Origin: Octopus sinensis
Lineage: Eukaryota
Assembly (NCBI RefSeq): GCF_006345805.1
Contig: NC_042998.1
Coordinates: 195,238,001 to 195,302,000, forward strand
Direction of reading: 5' to 3'
Length of the DNA stretch: 64,000 nt
Shown here: piece by piece, positions 62,394 through 64,000 of the stretch
Layout: every line of letters starts with the position of its first letter
Position numbering within the stretch: position 1 is the stretch's first letter
Program-made: the position numbers and the translations under genes
The notes under the pieces: generated by a model
Seen by the model: only the letters and a program-made list of their open reading frames with translations
The model's database searches: none
Told to the model about the DNA's origin: nothing

Positions 62394-63657
62394 CTGGCAT
62401 GCAACAGAAACGACAGTTGTTACTATGGATGAAAATATGCAACAAGCAAAATGCATTTGGTCAGTAAACTTACCACTAAACATGTGAAACAAAGAGCGTG
62501 TATGTATTTGGATAAACCTTCTCAGCATAGGGACTAAATATCCTTGGGAAGGACTACTTTGACCAACATAGGAATGTTGGTCATATGATTTATTCAATCA
62601 TCGTCATCATCATCATCGTTTAACGTCCGTTTTTCCATGCTAGCATGGGTTGGACGATTTGACTGAGGCCTGGCGAACCAGATGGCTGCACCAGGCTCCA
62701 ATCTTGATCTGGCAGAGTTTCTACAGCTGGATGCCCTTACTAATACCAACCACTCCGAGAGTGTAGTGGGTGTTTTTACATGCCACCAGCACGGGGGCCA
62801 GTCAGGCGGTACTGGCAATGACCTTGCTCGAATCGTTTTACATATGCCACCGGCACAGGTGCCAGTAAGTCAATGCTGGTAACGATCACGCTCGAATAGT
62901 GCCTTTTACGTGCCACCGGCACGGCGGCCGGTTAGCCGCTCTGGCAACGATCACGCTTGGATGGTGTTGTTAGCACCCAACTAGCACAAGGCTCAAGTGC
63001 CAGTAAGGCGATTCTGGTAACCATCATACTCGAATGGTGCCCTTTATGTGCCACTGGCACGGAAGCCAGTTAGCCGCTCTGTCAACGATCACACTCGTAT
63101 GGTGCTCTTTGTACCCCGCTAGCACGGATGCCAATAGTAGCCAAATCATTCTCAACAAGCATTCTGGATTCTTTAAAGTGAAAACCACAAGTTTTCAATT
63201 TGGAATTCTGAACATCATCCACTACAATAATGAATAGTTGGTCAGAAATAATGAGTGAATGGTTTGTTAATCCCTGACTCTGTACTATAAGTCTACCTGA
63301 TGAAACCTTCAGTCTTAAACTTAAAATTACATCTCACACAATAAAGATAGAGTAACTTCAGTTAGCATAGTGATGGGATGAATCCTATTGCAGTTCTGTT
63401 AATGACATCCTTTGATTACTTTTAGTCATCTAGTGTCCACTTAAAAGCAATCAAAGAGATACTCTCTTTACTCTTTTACTTGTTTCAGTCATTTGACTGC
63501 GGCCATGCTGGAGCACCGCCTTTAGTCGAGCAAATCGACCCCGGGACTTATTCTTTGTAAGCCTAGTACTTATTCTATCGGTCTCTTTTGCCGAACCACT
63601 AAGTGACAGGGACGTAAACACACCAGCATTGGTTGTCAAGCAATGCTAAGGGGACAA

Positions 63658-63692
<35 letters not shown>

Positions 63693-64000
63693 CATATATA
63701 CGACAGGCTTCTTTCAGTTTCCGTCTACCAAATCCACTCACAAGGCATTGGTCGGCCCGGGGCTATAGCAGAGGACACTTGCCCAAGATGCCACGCAGTA
63801 GGACTGAACCCGGAACCATGTGGTTGGTTAGCAAGCTACTTACCACACAGCCACTTCAAAGGCAGGGAAATAACAACTACAACAACCACAATTGTCATCA
63901 TGGTAAGATGAGAACAACTGTAGCAATTATAGTAGTACACTCTACCGTCTTCTATTACACAAAACATCTGACTCATCATGAACTTCTGATTCCTCACCAA

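Noticed and set aside
62394-62597. N-terminal extension of the SEPSECS ORF shown in the track
   Set aside because: This is intronic read-through upstream of the CCAG acceptor with no similarity to SepSecS; the true upstream exons were not found in the window.

Overview
This is AT-rich, repeat-dense eukaryotic DNA. The SINE repertoire and long (CATA)n/(CA)n/(TA)n tracts point to an octopus (Octopus sp.) genome, which is an inference. Three host genes can be assembled with phase-consistent GT-AG junctions. (1) A four-coding-exon CYP26-like cytochrome P450 (minus strand, 19799-26647, about 490 aa) with non-canonical I-helix and heme-binding motifs. (2) A complete four-exon MRPS26 (plus strand, 45266-52886, 214 aa). 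(3) The last four exons of SEPSECS (minus strand, 55876-62393; earlier exons were not found in the window), convergent with MRPS26. An intact tRNA-Ser(AGA) lies about 170 bp upstream of the first CYP26 coding exon. The rest is mostly mobile DNA: three SINE families (one forming 184-bp tandem arrays), LINE remnants (L1/Tx1, RTE, CR1, R4-like, three CRE-like), Penelope-like RT and GIY-YIG remnants with hammerhead ribozyme motifs, DNA transposon remnants (Chapaev3-like, Tc1, mariner), and several MITE/fold-back families. Most tracked ORFs are microsatellite or SINE artefacts. The most interesting signals are the hammerhead motifs, the TSD-bounded SINE array with junction microhomology, the CYP26 catalytic substitutions, a templated copy of CYP26 exon 2 in its intron, long hairpins beside MRPS26 and SEPSECS exons, and Merlin-like MITEs carrying TTAGGG repeats. 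Family names for repeats come from motif recognition, not database searches, and TE boundaries are approximate unless a TSD or TIR is quoted.
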